Positions 44,252 to 56,622 of a stretch of DNA of 64,000 nucleotides are shown piece by piece (within the stretch, counting starts at the first letter, position 1; every line of letters begins with the position of its first letter). This stretch comes from Phaeosaccion multiseriatum (Eukaryota > Protista > Ochrophyta, other classes). A program made the translations under genes and the position numbers. The notes under the pieces are model-generated. The model was given only the letters and a program-made list of their open reading frames with translations, did not search any database and was not told the DNA's origin. The stretch covers positions 5,146,001 to 5,210,000 of the forward strand of contig OZ218952.1 in the NCBI GenBank assembly GCA_965112735.1. Direction: 5' to 3'.

Positions 44252-45847
44252 CTGTGATTTCGCGGATGAGTGGCACTTTTTACGCCCAATTACGCCCCAT
44301 TAATTTTTTTTTACGCCAAATGACGACTTTTTTTACGACGTTTGACGACGTTTGACGACGCTTTAGCCCCTTATTTGACGCCCTTTTACGCCCTTTTACG
44401 CCCTTTTACGCTCTTTGACGCTTCGCCTTAATTTCGTCTAAAAAAAATCACGTGTAAAAAAATCACGGAAGAGGGCGTAAAAGGCCGTAAAAGGGCGTAA
44501 AAGGGCGTAAAAGGGCGTAAAAGGGCGTAAGAGGGCGTCAAATAGGGGGCTAAAGCGTCGTCAAACGTCGTCAAACGTCGTCAAAAAAGTCGTCATTTGG
44601 CGTAAAAAAAAATTACTGTGATTTCGCGGTTGAGTGGCACTTTTTACGCCCAATTACACCCCATTAATTTTTTTTTACGCCAAATGACGACTTGTTTTAC
44701 GACGTTTGACGACGTTTTACGACGCTTTAGCCCCCTATTTGACGCCCTTTTACGCCCTTTTACGCCCTTTTACGCTCTTTGACGCCCTTTTATCTTAATT
44801 CGCCTTCAATTCGTCTAAAAAAAATCACGTAAAAAAAAATCACGGAAGAGGGCGTAAAAGGGCGTAAAAGGGCGTAAAAGGGCGTAAAAGGGCGTCAAAT
44901 AGGGGGCTAAAGCGTCGTCAAACGTCGTCAAACGTCGTCAAAAAAGTCGTCATTTGGCGTAAAAAAAAATTAATGGGGCGTAATTGGGCGTAAAAAGTGC
45001 CACTCAACCGCGAAATCACAGGTACTACCTATATATTAAATATTAAATAAATTAATAATATATATTTATTAATATATATAATATAATTTAAAAATTTATA
45101 TATAACCGCGAAATCACAGGTACTACCTATATATTAAATATTAAATAAATTAATAATATAAATTTTTAAATTATATTATATAATATAATATAATTTAAAA
45201 ATTTATATTATTAATTTATTTAATATTTAATATATAGGTAGTACCTGTGATTTCGCGGTTGAGTGGCACTTTTTACGCCCAATTACGCCCCATTAATTTT
45301 TATATATATATATTAATAAATATATATTATTAATTTATTTAATATTTAATATATAGGTAGTACCTGTGATTTCGCGGTTGAGTGGCACTTTTTACGCCCA
45401 ATTACGCCCCATTAATTTTTTTTTACGCCAAATGACGACTTTTTTGACGACGTTTGACGACGTTTGACGACGCTTTAGCCCCCTATTTTACGCCCTTTTA
45501 CGCCCTTTTACGCCCTTTTACGGCCTTTTACGCCCTTTTACGGCCTTTTACGCCCTCTTCCGTGATTTTTTTATACGTGATTTTTTTTAGACGAAATTAA
45601 GGCGAATTAAGATAAACGGGCGTCAAAGAGCGTAAAAGGGTGTAAAAGGGCGTAAAAGGGCGTCAAATAGGGGGCTAAAGCGTCGTCAAACGTCGTCAAA
45701 CGTCGTCAAAAAAGTCGTCATTTGGCGTAAAACAAAATTAACGGGGCGTAATTGAGCGTAAAAAGTGCCACTCAACCGCGAAATCACAGTAATGGGGCGT
45801 AAATGGGCGTAAAAAGTAAAAAGTGCCACTCAACCGCGAAATCACAG
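44252..45847. mobile_element. Nested non-autonomous foldback/MITE complex with CTGTG...CACAG ends and TA target-site duplications (Tc1/mariner-like)
   Basis: Outer copy 44252-45847 is flanked by TA. Its right arm is interrupted at a TA by a TA-flanked insert, 44616-45789, made of two full ~0.41-kb copies in opposite orientation (44616-45021 and 45364-45789) around an AT-rich core. TIR CTGTGATTTCGCGGTTGAGTGGCACTTTTTACGCCC. Internal (TTTTACGCCC)n and (TTTGACGACG)n arrays. Confidence 0.85.
45104..45260. repeat. 157-bp perfect palindrome (78-bp arms, one central base at 45182) with an A/T-only centre
   Basis: Arms were compared base by base as reverse complements. Confidence 0.9.
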
Positions 45848-46038
45848 TAGGTGCACGTGTTGGTTTCACACAAACCATTTGTTGGCGACTTTTTTGGGGC
45901 CCTTCCTGGCGACGAGAGCGAGAGCGATCTTCCCTTCTCCCCCCTCTCGCTCCCCTCCTTCCTTGCTGATTCTCGCCTCCCTCCTCCATCCTTCATGCTT
46001 TTTTCTACTCCCTGCTCCTCCTGCTGGTCACGCAGAAG

Positions 46039-47393
46039 ATGCCCACTGGCAAACGGAAAAGGGAGGAGGGATTGGATTCATTGGGTTCAGGAGAAGGCAA
46101 GGACCTGCAAGGAGGCGAGAACCACTATCGTGGGTACGTGATTCCCCCAGATGATGAGCACGGCTTAGGTACTGCCGTTGACATGGAGTCCCTAACGCCC
46201 GAGGTGTTCTATGGAGAGTATGTGGCGAAGCGGCGGCCTGTGCTCCTTGACGGGCACCTCAGAGAAGCAGCGTGGAAGGCAGGGCGGTGGACGAATGACT
46301 ACATGAAAGACAAGGTGTGTGGTAGAGATGGGACGAAGAGGCGATAGAGAGTCCTCCTCCTCCTCCTCCTCCTCCTCCTCCTCCTCCTCCTCCTCCTCCT
46401 CCTCCTCCTCCTCCTCCTCCTCCTCTCCTCCTCTCATCCGCTGCTGCTGCTGCTTCTCCCCTTCCGCGTTGAGCTGCTGGTCCCTTCCCTCGTCGATCCT
46501 TCGTCCAACCTCTCTCGTCGTCCTGGGGCTGCATCTCGTCTCCTGCGCAATCTATTGCCCTCCCATAGGTGGGCGAAGCAAAGGTCCGAGTGGAGTATCG
46601 CGACAGCCCAACGGAACCATTCGGGCAGGGAAAGGAGAAGGTCATGACCATGGGTCGATTTCTCGATGCCATGGAGGCGGGCAACGACCTCTTGTACCTC
46701 ACAACTCAGGTGAGTGAGTGTAGGACTCAAGAATGCTATCAGCAGTCCGATACACATGCATCGGAGTGGGCGGGTGGGTGGTTGGGTGGGTGAATGAGTC
46801 ATTGAGTGAGTGAGTGAGTAAGTAAGTGTGTGAGTGAGTGAGTGTGTGAGTGACTGAGTGAGTGACTGAGTGACTGAGTGTGTGAGTGAGTAAGTGAGTG
46901 AATGAGTGAGTGAGTGAGTGAGTGAGTGAGTGAGTGAGTGAGTGAGTGAGTGAGTGAGTGAGTGAGTGTGTGAGTGAGTAAGTGAGAGTGAGTGACCGAG
47001 TGACCGAGCCGCGTCGGAAGGGGGCCAGCAGGAGCGACTGAAGGGAGGTCACACACGCACACCAACGCGCTCTGTGTGACGCCCATTGTGATGCTCACCA
47101 ACCCCAACCCTTTGTCCCGCCCCCCCCCCTCAAAGGACTTGTCCTGTGACGTACTCGGCCGTCCCTCCATCCTCAGCTCTCCCGTGGCAGAGCTCATGGA
47201 TGACTTTCCCCTCCGCCCCTCGCTGCTGGGCGGCCTGGTGCCTCAAAACATCAACCTCTGGATGGGCGTGAACAAGGGAGGCGTGGGCGGGGCCTCCACT
47301 TCCGGCCTTCACCACGACCACCACGACAACCTCTACGTCCTGCTGAGGGGGAGGAAGCGCTTCAGGTGAGAGGGCTTGGCTTCGCTTCGCGCG

Positions 47394-47429
<36 letters not shown>

Positions 47430-48677
47430 TGTTGCTGCTGCTGCTGCTGCTGTTGCTGCTGTCGGCGTAACAGAGGAAGGCCTTTGGCGACCGACCCAAG
47501 GAAGGTGCATGGTGCGCTGGTCATGTCCCCTTGGGGTGGTGCTTCCTTCTTCATTAGCGTTCGCTACTTCAAATTGATGGCATCGATCGATCGCAATCAC
47601 TGCATCTTGCAGGAAGAGGCATGAGAAGGAACAGGGGACGATGAGCAGGAGAAGGAGAAGGAGAGAGATCTGGGAGTCGTCTCCACGTCCACCTACCCAC
47701 GCATCCATGCATGCATCCATCCACTGCCATCCTCTCCTCTCCTCCCCAAACAGAATCTACAGTCCCGCGGACGCTTTGAAGATGTACACCCGTGGCGACT
47801 TGGAGAGGGTACACTGCAATGGGCGCATCAACTACAGGGGCGAGCCCACAAGAGCGGACGGGGCCCACCTGTCCGCTGATCGCTGCGTCGCCGCTGCTAA
47901 GCTCAAGGACCAGGCGGAGAGAGAGGTGGATAAGTGCCAACAGACCCTGACGGAGGCCATGGACGCCATTGCCAGTGCGGGTGCCAGTGCGGCGGTATCA
48001 CCAACGGATGCTGCTGCTGCTGCTGCTGCTGGTGGTGGTCCTGCTAATGGTCCTGGTGCTGCTGTATCACCAACGACTGCTGCTGCATTGGACGAGAGGA
48101 GGCAGAAGGCAGCTCAGAGGCTGGAGGAGGCGGAGGAGAAGCTCGAGGAAGCTCTTGAGGCCGTTCTAGAGGCCGAGTGTGAGGGGGAGGAGGGGGGCGG
48201 ATTCGGGGGTGCGTACGGAGACGACGACGACGACGATGATGATGAGGAGGAGGAGAGGGAGGAGGAGGAGGAGGAGGAGGAGGAGGAGGAGGAGGAGGAG
48301 GAGGAGGAGGAGGAGGAAGGGGAGAACGGCGGGATCGAGGGTAGGCTAGGAGGGGGGGGAGGAGTGGGGGAAGGCGCAGCGGCGAGGCCGGCGGGAGAGG
48401 GACATTCAGTGGACGTCACCCCGCAAACCAAAGCCCTCCCAGACAATTTCAGCCGCGTTGTGGGTGCGAGCGTGCGTGCAGATCGAGCGGATGCGAGTTA
48501 TCGGGCTGTACGCGGTGGTGGTGGTGGGGACACGCGTGATGAAAGTGACACGCAGGAGGGGCAGGAGGCGCACGAGGGGAAGGCTCGCAAGAAGGCGAGA
48601 GGAGACGGGGGGGAGAGCAGCGGGGGCAGCAGCGGTGCCGAGCCAGCACCCGATTCAGGAGGAGGCACCACCACCAC

Positions 48678-48716
<39 letters not shown>

Positions 48717-49826
48717 CGGCGGCAGTGGTGGTGGTGGTGGGAGGACGCCTTCCGAGGCCGAGATAGCGGAGCAGTTTCCACTCTTCGCAACGGCCACGGG
48801 AGCGACGATAGAGGTGCGGGCAGGGCAGATGCTTTACTTGCCTGCAGGCTTCTTTCACGAGGTGAGGAGGGGGGGCTTCCGTTACTTGGCTTTGCTCAGC
48901 GTTTTGCTTTCACCACCGGGATGGGGGGGTGGGGGCTTTTGTGATTTTGGTCAATTCCTGCTGCTTGCTGGCTTCGGCTCTCCGGTGTCGTGAAGGCTTC
49001 GTCTCCTTCCTCAGTCCAGGGCAGAGCCTTGAGTGCCTCTTTGTGTCGAGCGAGAAGAAGCAAAGGGAATGGGACTGTGAGAGGGAGAGGACCGAGAAGA
49101 AAGAGAGAGGGAGGGAGAGGAGGAGGCGGATGGAGGGAGAGAAGGGAAGGAGAGAGAGGGAGATAAAGAGGCAGATGGAGGGAGAGAAAGAAGGAGAGGG
49201 AGGGAGAGAAAGAGGCAGATGGAGGGTGAGAAAGGAAGGAGAGGGATTGGACGAAGCCGCCCCTCCCCAAGCAAACCCCTTCTTCCCTCTGATTCTGTCC
49301 GGGCCACCTCGCCCCCAACCCTTCCTCCCTCTCACCCCTCTTCCCGCAGGTAACCTCCATTGCTGACTCCGACGGCGGTGGGCATATGGCGCTGAACTAC
49401 TGGACACACCCGCCCGATGCCTCCACTGCGGCTGAGGGCCACGGACCACCTTCGTCACCTTCTACTTCTCCTCCTCCTCCTCCTCCTCCTCCTTCCACCT
49501 CTTCTTCTCCTCTCCCCCCGCCTCCTTCTACTACTTGTCCTCCTCGTCCTCCTCCCTCTTCGTCTTCTCCTTCTTCTTCTTGCTGTCCACACTCCACCTT
49601 TGCGCACCCCTACGTGAGCTCCTTCTGGGAGGACGACTGGGCGGATAGAGTGAGGGACGGAGCCTTCGCCCTCTCCAGCAGCGCAGAGTCCGGGGGGGGA
49701 GGGGAAGGGGAAGGAGGAACAGGGCAGGAGGAAGAGGAGGAGGAGGGGCGAGAGACGCCGACTGGCAGCGGAAGGTCATTGAAGAGTACTCGCGGGATGA
49801 ATTGCGGCAATGCAATACATGCATGA
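46039..49826 (+). CDS. JmjC-domain (cupin-like) 2-oxoglutarate/Fe(II) oxygenase
   Basis: Exons 46039-46314, 46569-46709, 47136-47365, 47754-48861, 49350-49826 join in phase. Motifs YVAKRRPVLL, NINLWMG, SGLHHDHHDNLYVLLRGRKRFRIYSP, GQMLYLPAGFFHEVTS, HMALNYW. Confidence 0.9.
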
Positions 49827-49947
49827 TTCCTAAGCACAGCAAGATTAGCAGAGATATTGCTTATTGACAAGTCCTGAATAGGAATCACTGAAAGGGAAGG
49901 AAACTTTATTGACTTAATAGGAATCACCTAAGAAACTGAAAGTGTGA

Positions 49948-50013
<66 letters not shown>

Positions 50014-50177
50014 GTGTCGCTGTGTCTCCGGGGCCCTCGAGGGGCCGGTTACTGAAAGGGAAGGACGAGGCGAGAAAACCAGCTGTGATTTTGACTACCA
50101 ACTCGTAGCTTCGGTCCTGCCCAACAATTTCCTGGACAATTCCACACAATAGGTTGTTACATAGCGCGCGGGGGGAC

Positions 50178-53100
50178 ATGAAGAGAAGCCGGAGAGTTGA
50201 GGCACTTCCTCCTCGTCTCTCACTCTTCCTTGACAGTAGCCTGGGCCAGGCCAGCTTTGATCTCGAACAGGAACAGCTCTCCCGGCTCCGGTACGTGAAA
50301 GAAGCTCCCACTGTCACGCGATTGAGAAATCAATGCGATTATCTTGGCTCTGACATGCTGGCTTGCCTAGCCCACCGCCGTCCCTCCGCTCACTTCCTCT
50401 TCCGTCACCCGTGGCTCTCTGCGCTGCTACTACTCCTCTCCCACATTGCTTGTTCTTCCCTGTGCTTCATCCCGTTTTGGCCCTCCTAAGATGGCTGCAA
50501 GAAAAGGATGAAAAGGATGAAGGAGAGGGTCGAAAGCTCGGGCTGTGGGGATGGGAGGCCTTTCTATCTGCGGGCACGCCAAGCGCTTCTGCCGTGGCGC
50601 GAGGAGCCAAGCCAGCCGCAGTCCCGATCCGAGCGAAGCTCAAAGAGTTTATCAAGCTGGCGGGGAAGATCGCCGCCCAGGGGGGCGCAGACAGCCCATT
50701 CCCAGAGGCGGACAAGGCTTTGTTTGAGGGCATGACGGCGAGCAGGAAGGGCCAGGCTGCTCAGGCTTCTCCTGCTGCTGGTGGTGCGTCGTCTTTCTCG
50801 GGAGGGGGCTTCAGGAAACAGATTGAGTCCAGCATCGGCAAGGTGGATGACGACTTGTGGAAGAAGACGAGGTCGCTGGCCCTGGAGCTGAAGGAGTGGA
50901 GGGACGGCAAAGCGGGCGATGGCGACAGTAGTATGTCTCAACAACGTAGAGGAGGGGGGGGAGGAGGCTATGCAGTAGACGCTACCGAGTGGGGTGCGGC
51001 GCTGTGGCCTTGGAGAGGGGAAAGCAGCGGCGGTAAGCAGCAGCAGCAGGAGCAAGAGGAGGAGATAGGGAAGGGGCTGAGTGCCCTAGAGAAGACCCTG
51101 CTTCGGGAAGAGTCGGGCGGCGAGGATGACGGGGGAGGGATGGAGGACGATGGGAAGGAGCGTGTGGAGCCGAGCTATTCGCCTGGAGCGGCCTCTGTCG
51201 TGCCGCCTCCCCCGGCAGGGGTAGTGGAAGCAGCAGCAGCAGCAGCAGCAGCAGGAGGAGGAGGAGGAGGGGGGGGGTGGGGCCCGAAGCAGCACGACGC
51301 GGCCTGGCTCTACACTAGGTGTTACCAGCAGACAGCACAGGGTGGGGGCGGCACAGCTATGCTGGGCATGCCCCCTCTGGAGCTTGCCCGCTCCGTCTTC
51401 GCCATCTTGAAGGGTGGAGGGCGTGGGAGTGCGGGTGCGGGGAGGGACCTGGAGCGTGTCCAGAGCGGTCTGTTCGACTTGCTGGGAGAGGGCGGGCTGG
51501 AGATGATGATGGAGGTGATGGAGCATGCTTCGGAGCTCGCAGACAAGGTGAGTCACAATCCAATCCTTGGCTATTGACCCAGTTTAGCTCAGCTTGGCTC
51601 AGTTCATTTGAGGGTTGGAACTCTCGGTTTCGATCCCAGGACCGTCCCATGCTTCTGCGCCGCTGATACGTGATATCGTCTATGTTGAACTGCAACTCTA
51701 AAAACTGAAATCTCAAACTGCAACTGATCAACAAGGTGAGCGAGTCGGAGCTGCAGTCCGTGGCCACGGCACATGGCAAAGCTCTTAGCAGCGCCATGGC
51801 CCTGGAGCAGCAGCAGGCGGAGCGCCACATGCAGGAGTTGGGGGTGGGCAACGCCAAGGGGGGACCCAATAGCAGGAGGGCACCGAGCGGGCCGAGCATC
51901 TCTTCGCAGGTGACGGTTACGTCCCAGCAAGAGAAGCTGGCGGAGAAGGCGCGCAAGAGGGATGCCAGAAAGGCCGGTATGTCAACGAAGTGGAGGGAGG
52001 AGGGAGGGGGGGGGGGGGGTGGCGGCAGGGCGGAATCTGAGAAGGGAATGGGAATGGTCTCGGGAGAAGGAAGACTCGCGGAACGGAACGCGTTTTTACT
52101 CAACGAGCTCTTCTTCCTTTTTGTTTTGCTTCTTTCTTTGGTTCTTTTAACCCCTTTCTCTCTCTCTCCCTCCTCTTTCTCTCTCTCTATCCCACCCCTT
52201 TCTCTCTCTCTCCCCCCCCCTCTGCTGCCCATTACGGTAGGACGAAGAGCGGCTCGAGGAGAAGACCCCAACGGGCCCGACCCTGGGGGGCCTGACTGGT
52301 TGGCGACGCTCGGCCTGGGGGATGACTACCTCGCGCAGGAGAGGGCCCTGGGGCTGCAGAAGGCCGGGCTAGGGGACGGGTCACAGTTCGCGGACCTTGC
52401 CATGGCTGACCACCTTGCAAACCTCGCTCCGGAGGGCACCAAAGAGTTCCACGCAGATAGAGGGGGGCTGCCGGCAGGTGCGTGCGTGCGTGCGTGCGTG
52501 CGTGCGTGGTAAGATTGGGGGGTTGGGCAGAGGCGGAGAGGACAGGGGTCCACAGAGGGGGACAAGGACGGGGGCAGACAGACAGGCAGGCAGATAGTCA
52601 GGCAGGAAGGCAGGCAGGTAGACAGGCGGGCAAGCAGGCAGGCAGGCAGACAGGAATGAGAGGGCTGTTGTGTGTGTGTGTATGTGTGTGTGTGCGAGGC
52701 GGTGGAGAAACGCGCCGGGGGCTGTATCAGGAGCGGAGCAAAGGAGCCGACTGCCTGCCACATCCAGTGGTGTTGGCCAGGCTCAAAGGAGCCGACTGCC
52801 TACCATATCCAACTGCCTGCCATATCCAGTGGCGTTGGCCAGGCTCGGAAGCGCACCGACGCTACTCATCAGGCATGCGACCTCTCTTGACCAAAGGGGG
52901 AAGCAAATCGAATCAGTTCCAATTGAATCCCAAGCTTACCCTACCCCATTTAACCCCCCCCACACCCCACCCCTCCTACCTCTGCCATGCGCCCTGCCCG
53001 CTCCCTGCAGACGCCGTCAAGACCATCGTGTCAGGGCAGTACGAAGAGGTGCATATTCCTGCCAAGCTCAAGAGCGACAAGCTGGGGGAGGCGGCCCACA

Positions 53101-54743
53101 GAGTCAAAGTCACGGACTTACCGGGCTGGGCTCAGGTATGTATGTACTGGGTGTAACGGATGTAACGGGTGTCAGGAGGGCGGGGTGAGGAGGATGGGGG
53201 TGGGGAGGGTCATGTCAGGAGGGTGGGGTAAGGTGTGTGGCCTCTCTCTGTCTCTCTCTCTGCTGCTCTCACTTACTTGATCTCCTTCTCTCCTTGGATA
53301 TGACCAATTGCTTTGCTTGCACGCCCCCCCCCTTCCCGCCGACTCACAGTTGGCGTTCGCAGGCACCACAACCCTCAACCCAATGCAGAGCGAGGTTTAC
53401 CCCGTGGCCTTCGAAAGTTCCGAGAATCTTCTCATCTGCGCCCCCACCGGCGCCGGCAAGACCAACATCGCCATGCTCGCCATGCTGCAGGTAGGGGCGG
53501 TGAGCCACGCACGCACTCACTCACTCGCGCACAAACGCACGCACGCACGCACGCACGGACTCACGCACGCACTCACTCACTCACTCAATCACTCACGCAC
53601 TCACTCACGCACTCATTCACCAGGTGTTTGCTCGTTTACTCACTCACTTACTCCCTCCCTCCCCCCTTCTCCCCCCGACCCCCCCATCCCACCCTCCCTT
53701 CTTTCACGTTGAACCCATCTATCTACGCGCCGTCTCCGCCCCATTAACTGCCATCCCCCCCTCTTCTCAGCTGGTGCGCCACCACTTGAACAGCCGCGGA
53801 ATGATGCGCGACAGCAACCTCAAGGCCATCTACGTGGCCCCCATGAAGGTGATCCCACATGACACGCCTGACCCGTCTGTGCGCCTCCCCATGTGCCTAG
53901 CCCGTTGGCTGCCATCCCTTCGCAGTCGCTCCCTCTCTTGGCGCCCGTGTTCTCGCCGGAGGTCTCGCACGCACACTCACACGCACACGCACAGCTCGAG
54001 CCCTCGCCCCCCTGGGCTCAATCAAGCCTCTCTCATATCATGAGTGTCGATAGTGACACACTCAAATTACGTAATGCTTAGTTTGACTCCCATATGTCAA
54101 TGTATCGTCCTACCCCCCCCAGGCCCTCGCGCAGGAGGTGGTGTCAAAGTTCAGCGCTCGGCTCAAGCCGCTGGGCCTTGTCGTGAGGGAGTGCACCGGC
54201 GACATGCAGCTCACTCGCGCCGAGGTGGAGACTGCGCACCTCATCGTCACCACGCCGGAGAAGTGGGACGTCATCACGCGGAAGGGCGGGGACGGAACCC
54301 TCGTCACGCAGGTACGCTTTAGGCTTTCCTTACGGAAGGTGGGGGCGGGGGCGGGGGGTTACGTTTTCTACGTCTTACGTGTTTATTTTCTGTTTCAGTT
54401 TTGGTTGACCTTCTTCATTTTCTGCCGACGCACCCTCTCCTTCCGTTTCCGCTCCACGCCGCCCCCCCCCCGGGGCGCTCCCCTCCCCCATCCGCTGCCA
54501 TCCCCTCCCCCCACCTCCCCTCATCCCTTCCCTTCCTGCCCCCCATCCACCTCTCCACTGCCATCTCCGCCCCAGGTGGGCCTGGTGATGATCGACGAGG
54601 TGCACCTGCTTGCTGACGAGCGAGGGGCCGTTATCGAGAGTATCGTGGCCAGGATGCAGCGCCTCATGGAGGTAAGGCACGCTCCCACACACACATACAT
54701 ACATACATACATACATACCTACGTATATATATACATACATATA

Positions 54744-54777
<34 letters not shown>

Positions 54778-55260
54778 CATACATACATACATACATATAT
54801 ACATACATACATACATACATACATACATACATACATACATACTTCATACATACTTACTACCTACAAACACACTTACATGTCCTGCTCCTTCCGCTGCGCA
54901 AATTCTTTAACCTTGCCGCTTGAGTGTTCTGCTCCTCTATCGTACTCCTCTATCGTAGCTTCACTTTCTCCCTCCCTCCCTCCCTCCCTCCCTCCCTCCC
55001 TCCCTCCCTCCCTCCCTCCCTCCCTCCCTCCATTCCCCTCTCCCTCCCTCCTTCAATCAGGTGAGCCAGCGCCTGGTGCGGCTGGTTGGATTGAGCGCCA
55101 CCCTACCCAACTATCGAGACGTGGCCACATTTTTGCGTGTAGGGCCCAAAGGGCTGTTCCACTTCGGCCCCGAGCATCGACCAGTGCCCCTCGCGCAGAC
55201 GTTCATGGGAGTTACAGACAAGAACAGGAACAGGCAGAAGGACATGATGAACAGGTAGGC

Positions 55261-55296
<36 letters not shown>

Positions 55297-56581
55297 GCAC
55301 GGTAGGTACGGAGGATGGCACTCGATGCGGAGGCAGGAAGGCGAGCGGGAAAGGGGGTTGAGTCAGTAGCAGTAGCGGCGGCAGCAGCAGGGGGACAAGG
55401 AGGATTGGGCAGGGGAAGGGCAGGGGGCAGCGGCAGCGTAGGGTAGGATGGAAATGGCCCTTTGTCAGTTTCGCAAATGAGAGGCACTTTTCTGACCTTC
55501 TTCTCCTCCTCTTCGTCCTCTTCCTCCTCCTGCTCCTACTACCTGCTGCGGCTGCTCTTGTTTCTGTTCTCCTCCTTCCACCCCTCTCTCCTCCTCTTCC
55601 TCCTCTTCCTCTTCCTCCTCCTCCTCCTCCTCTTCCTGTTCCTCCTCCTCCTCCTACTCACCCCCCCGCCCCCTCCTCGCCCTCTTCCTCCTCCTCACTC
55701 CACTACCATCATCCCACTCCCCTCCCTTTTCTCCGTCAGAATCGCTTACAACAAGGCCCTGGAAGCCATCCGCCAGGGTAAGCAGGTCATGGTCTTTGTG
55801 CACGCTCGGAAGGAGACCGTTCGCACCGCTGAGGCAATCATAGACCTCGCCACACGGGACAACTCAATTGATGAGTTTAGTCCACTGGAAGGGGCGGACA
55901 AGGACGTGAAGAAGGCGGCGGGCGGAAGGAAGGACGGAGGAGGGAAGAAGGCAGTGGATGGCGGTAGCAGTCGTAGCCGAGAGTACGGTAAGCTGGCCGA
56001 GCAGGCAGCCAAGAGTCACAACGCGGAGCTGCGGGTGCTCTTTGGCAAAGGCTTTGGCTGCCATCACGCGGGCATGCTCAGGCCGGACAGGGGGCTCGCT
56101 GAGCGCGCCTTTGAGGCGGGGGCCATCAAGGTCAGTGAGGCATGGCAGTGGATGGCAGTGGATGGCAGTGGATGACCGTGGATGGCTGGGGCCATCATTG
56201 TCAGTGAGGCATATGGGCGGGGCTGCGCGAGGCTGGGGATGGCAGTAGATGGATGGAGCTGTGGGTGGCTGAATGTGACTGAGGCTATCCATCCATCCAT
56301 CCATCCGTCCATCCGCCTGTCCGTCTGTTGTCCGTCGCCCTGCGATACACCTTGGCGCCCTCACGATCGTGCATGAGTCGTATGTAGAGTTATGTTGGGT
56401 GTCCGTGGGCCTGTGCCTGTATCACTAAATGCTGTGCCTGTATTGCCATTTGCTGTGCCTGTCCCTGTCCCTTCCGGTGCTCGGTGTCAGGTGCTGTGCT
56501 GCACGGCGACGCTCGCCTGGGGTATCAATTTGCCGGCTCACACCGTTATCATCAAAGGCACGGAGATATACAACCCGGAGA

Positions 56582-56622
<41 letters not shown>

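Noticed and set aside
44270-45830. CRISPR-like or telomeric interpretation of the TTTTACGCCC and TTTGACGACG arrays
   Set aside because: No unique spacers and no cas genes in a eukaryotic context. The arrays are mirrored internal repeats of the MITE arms.
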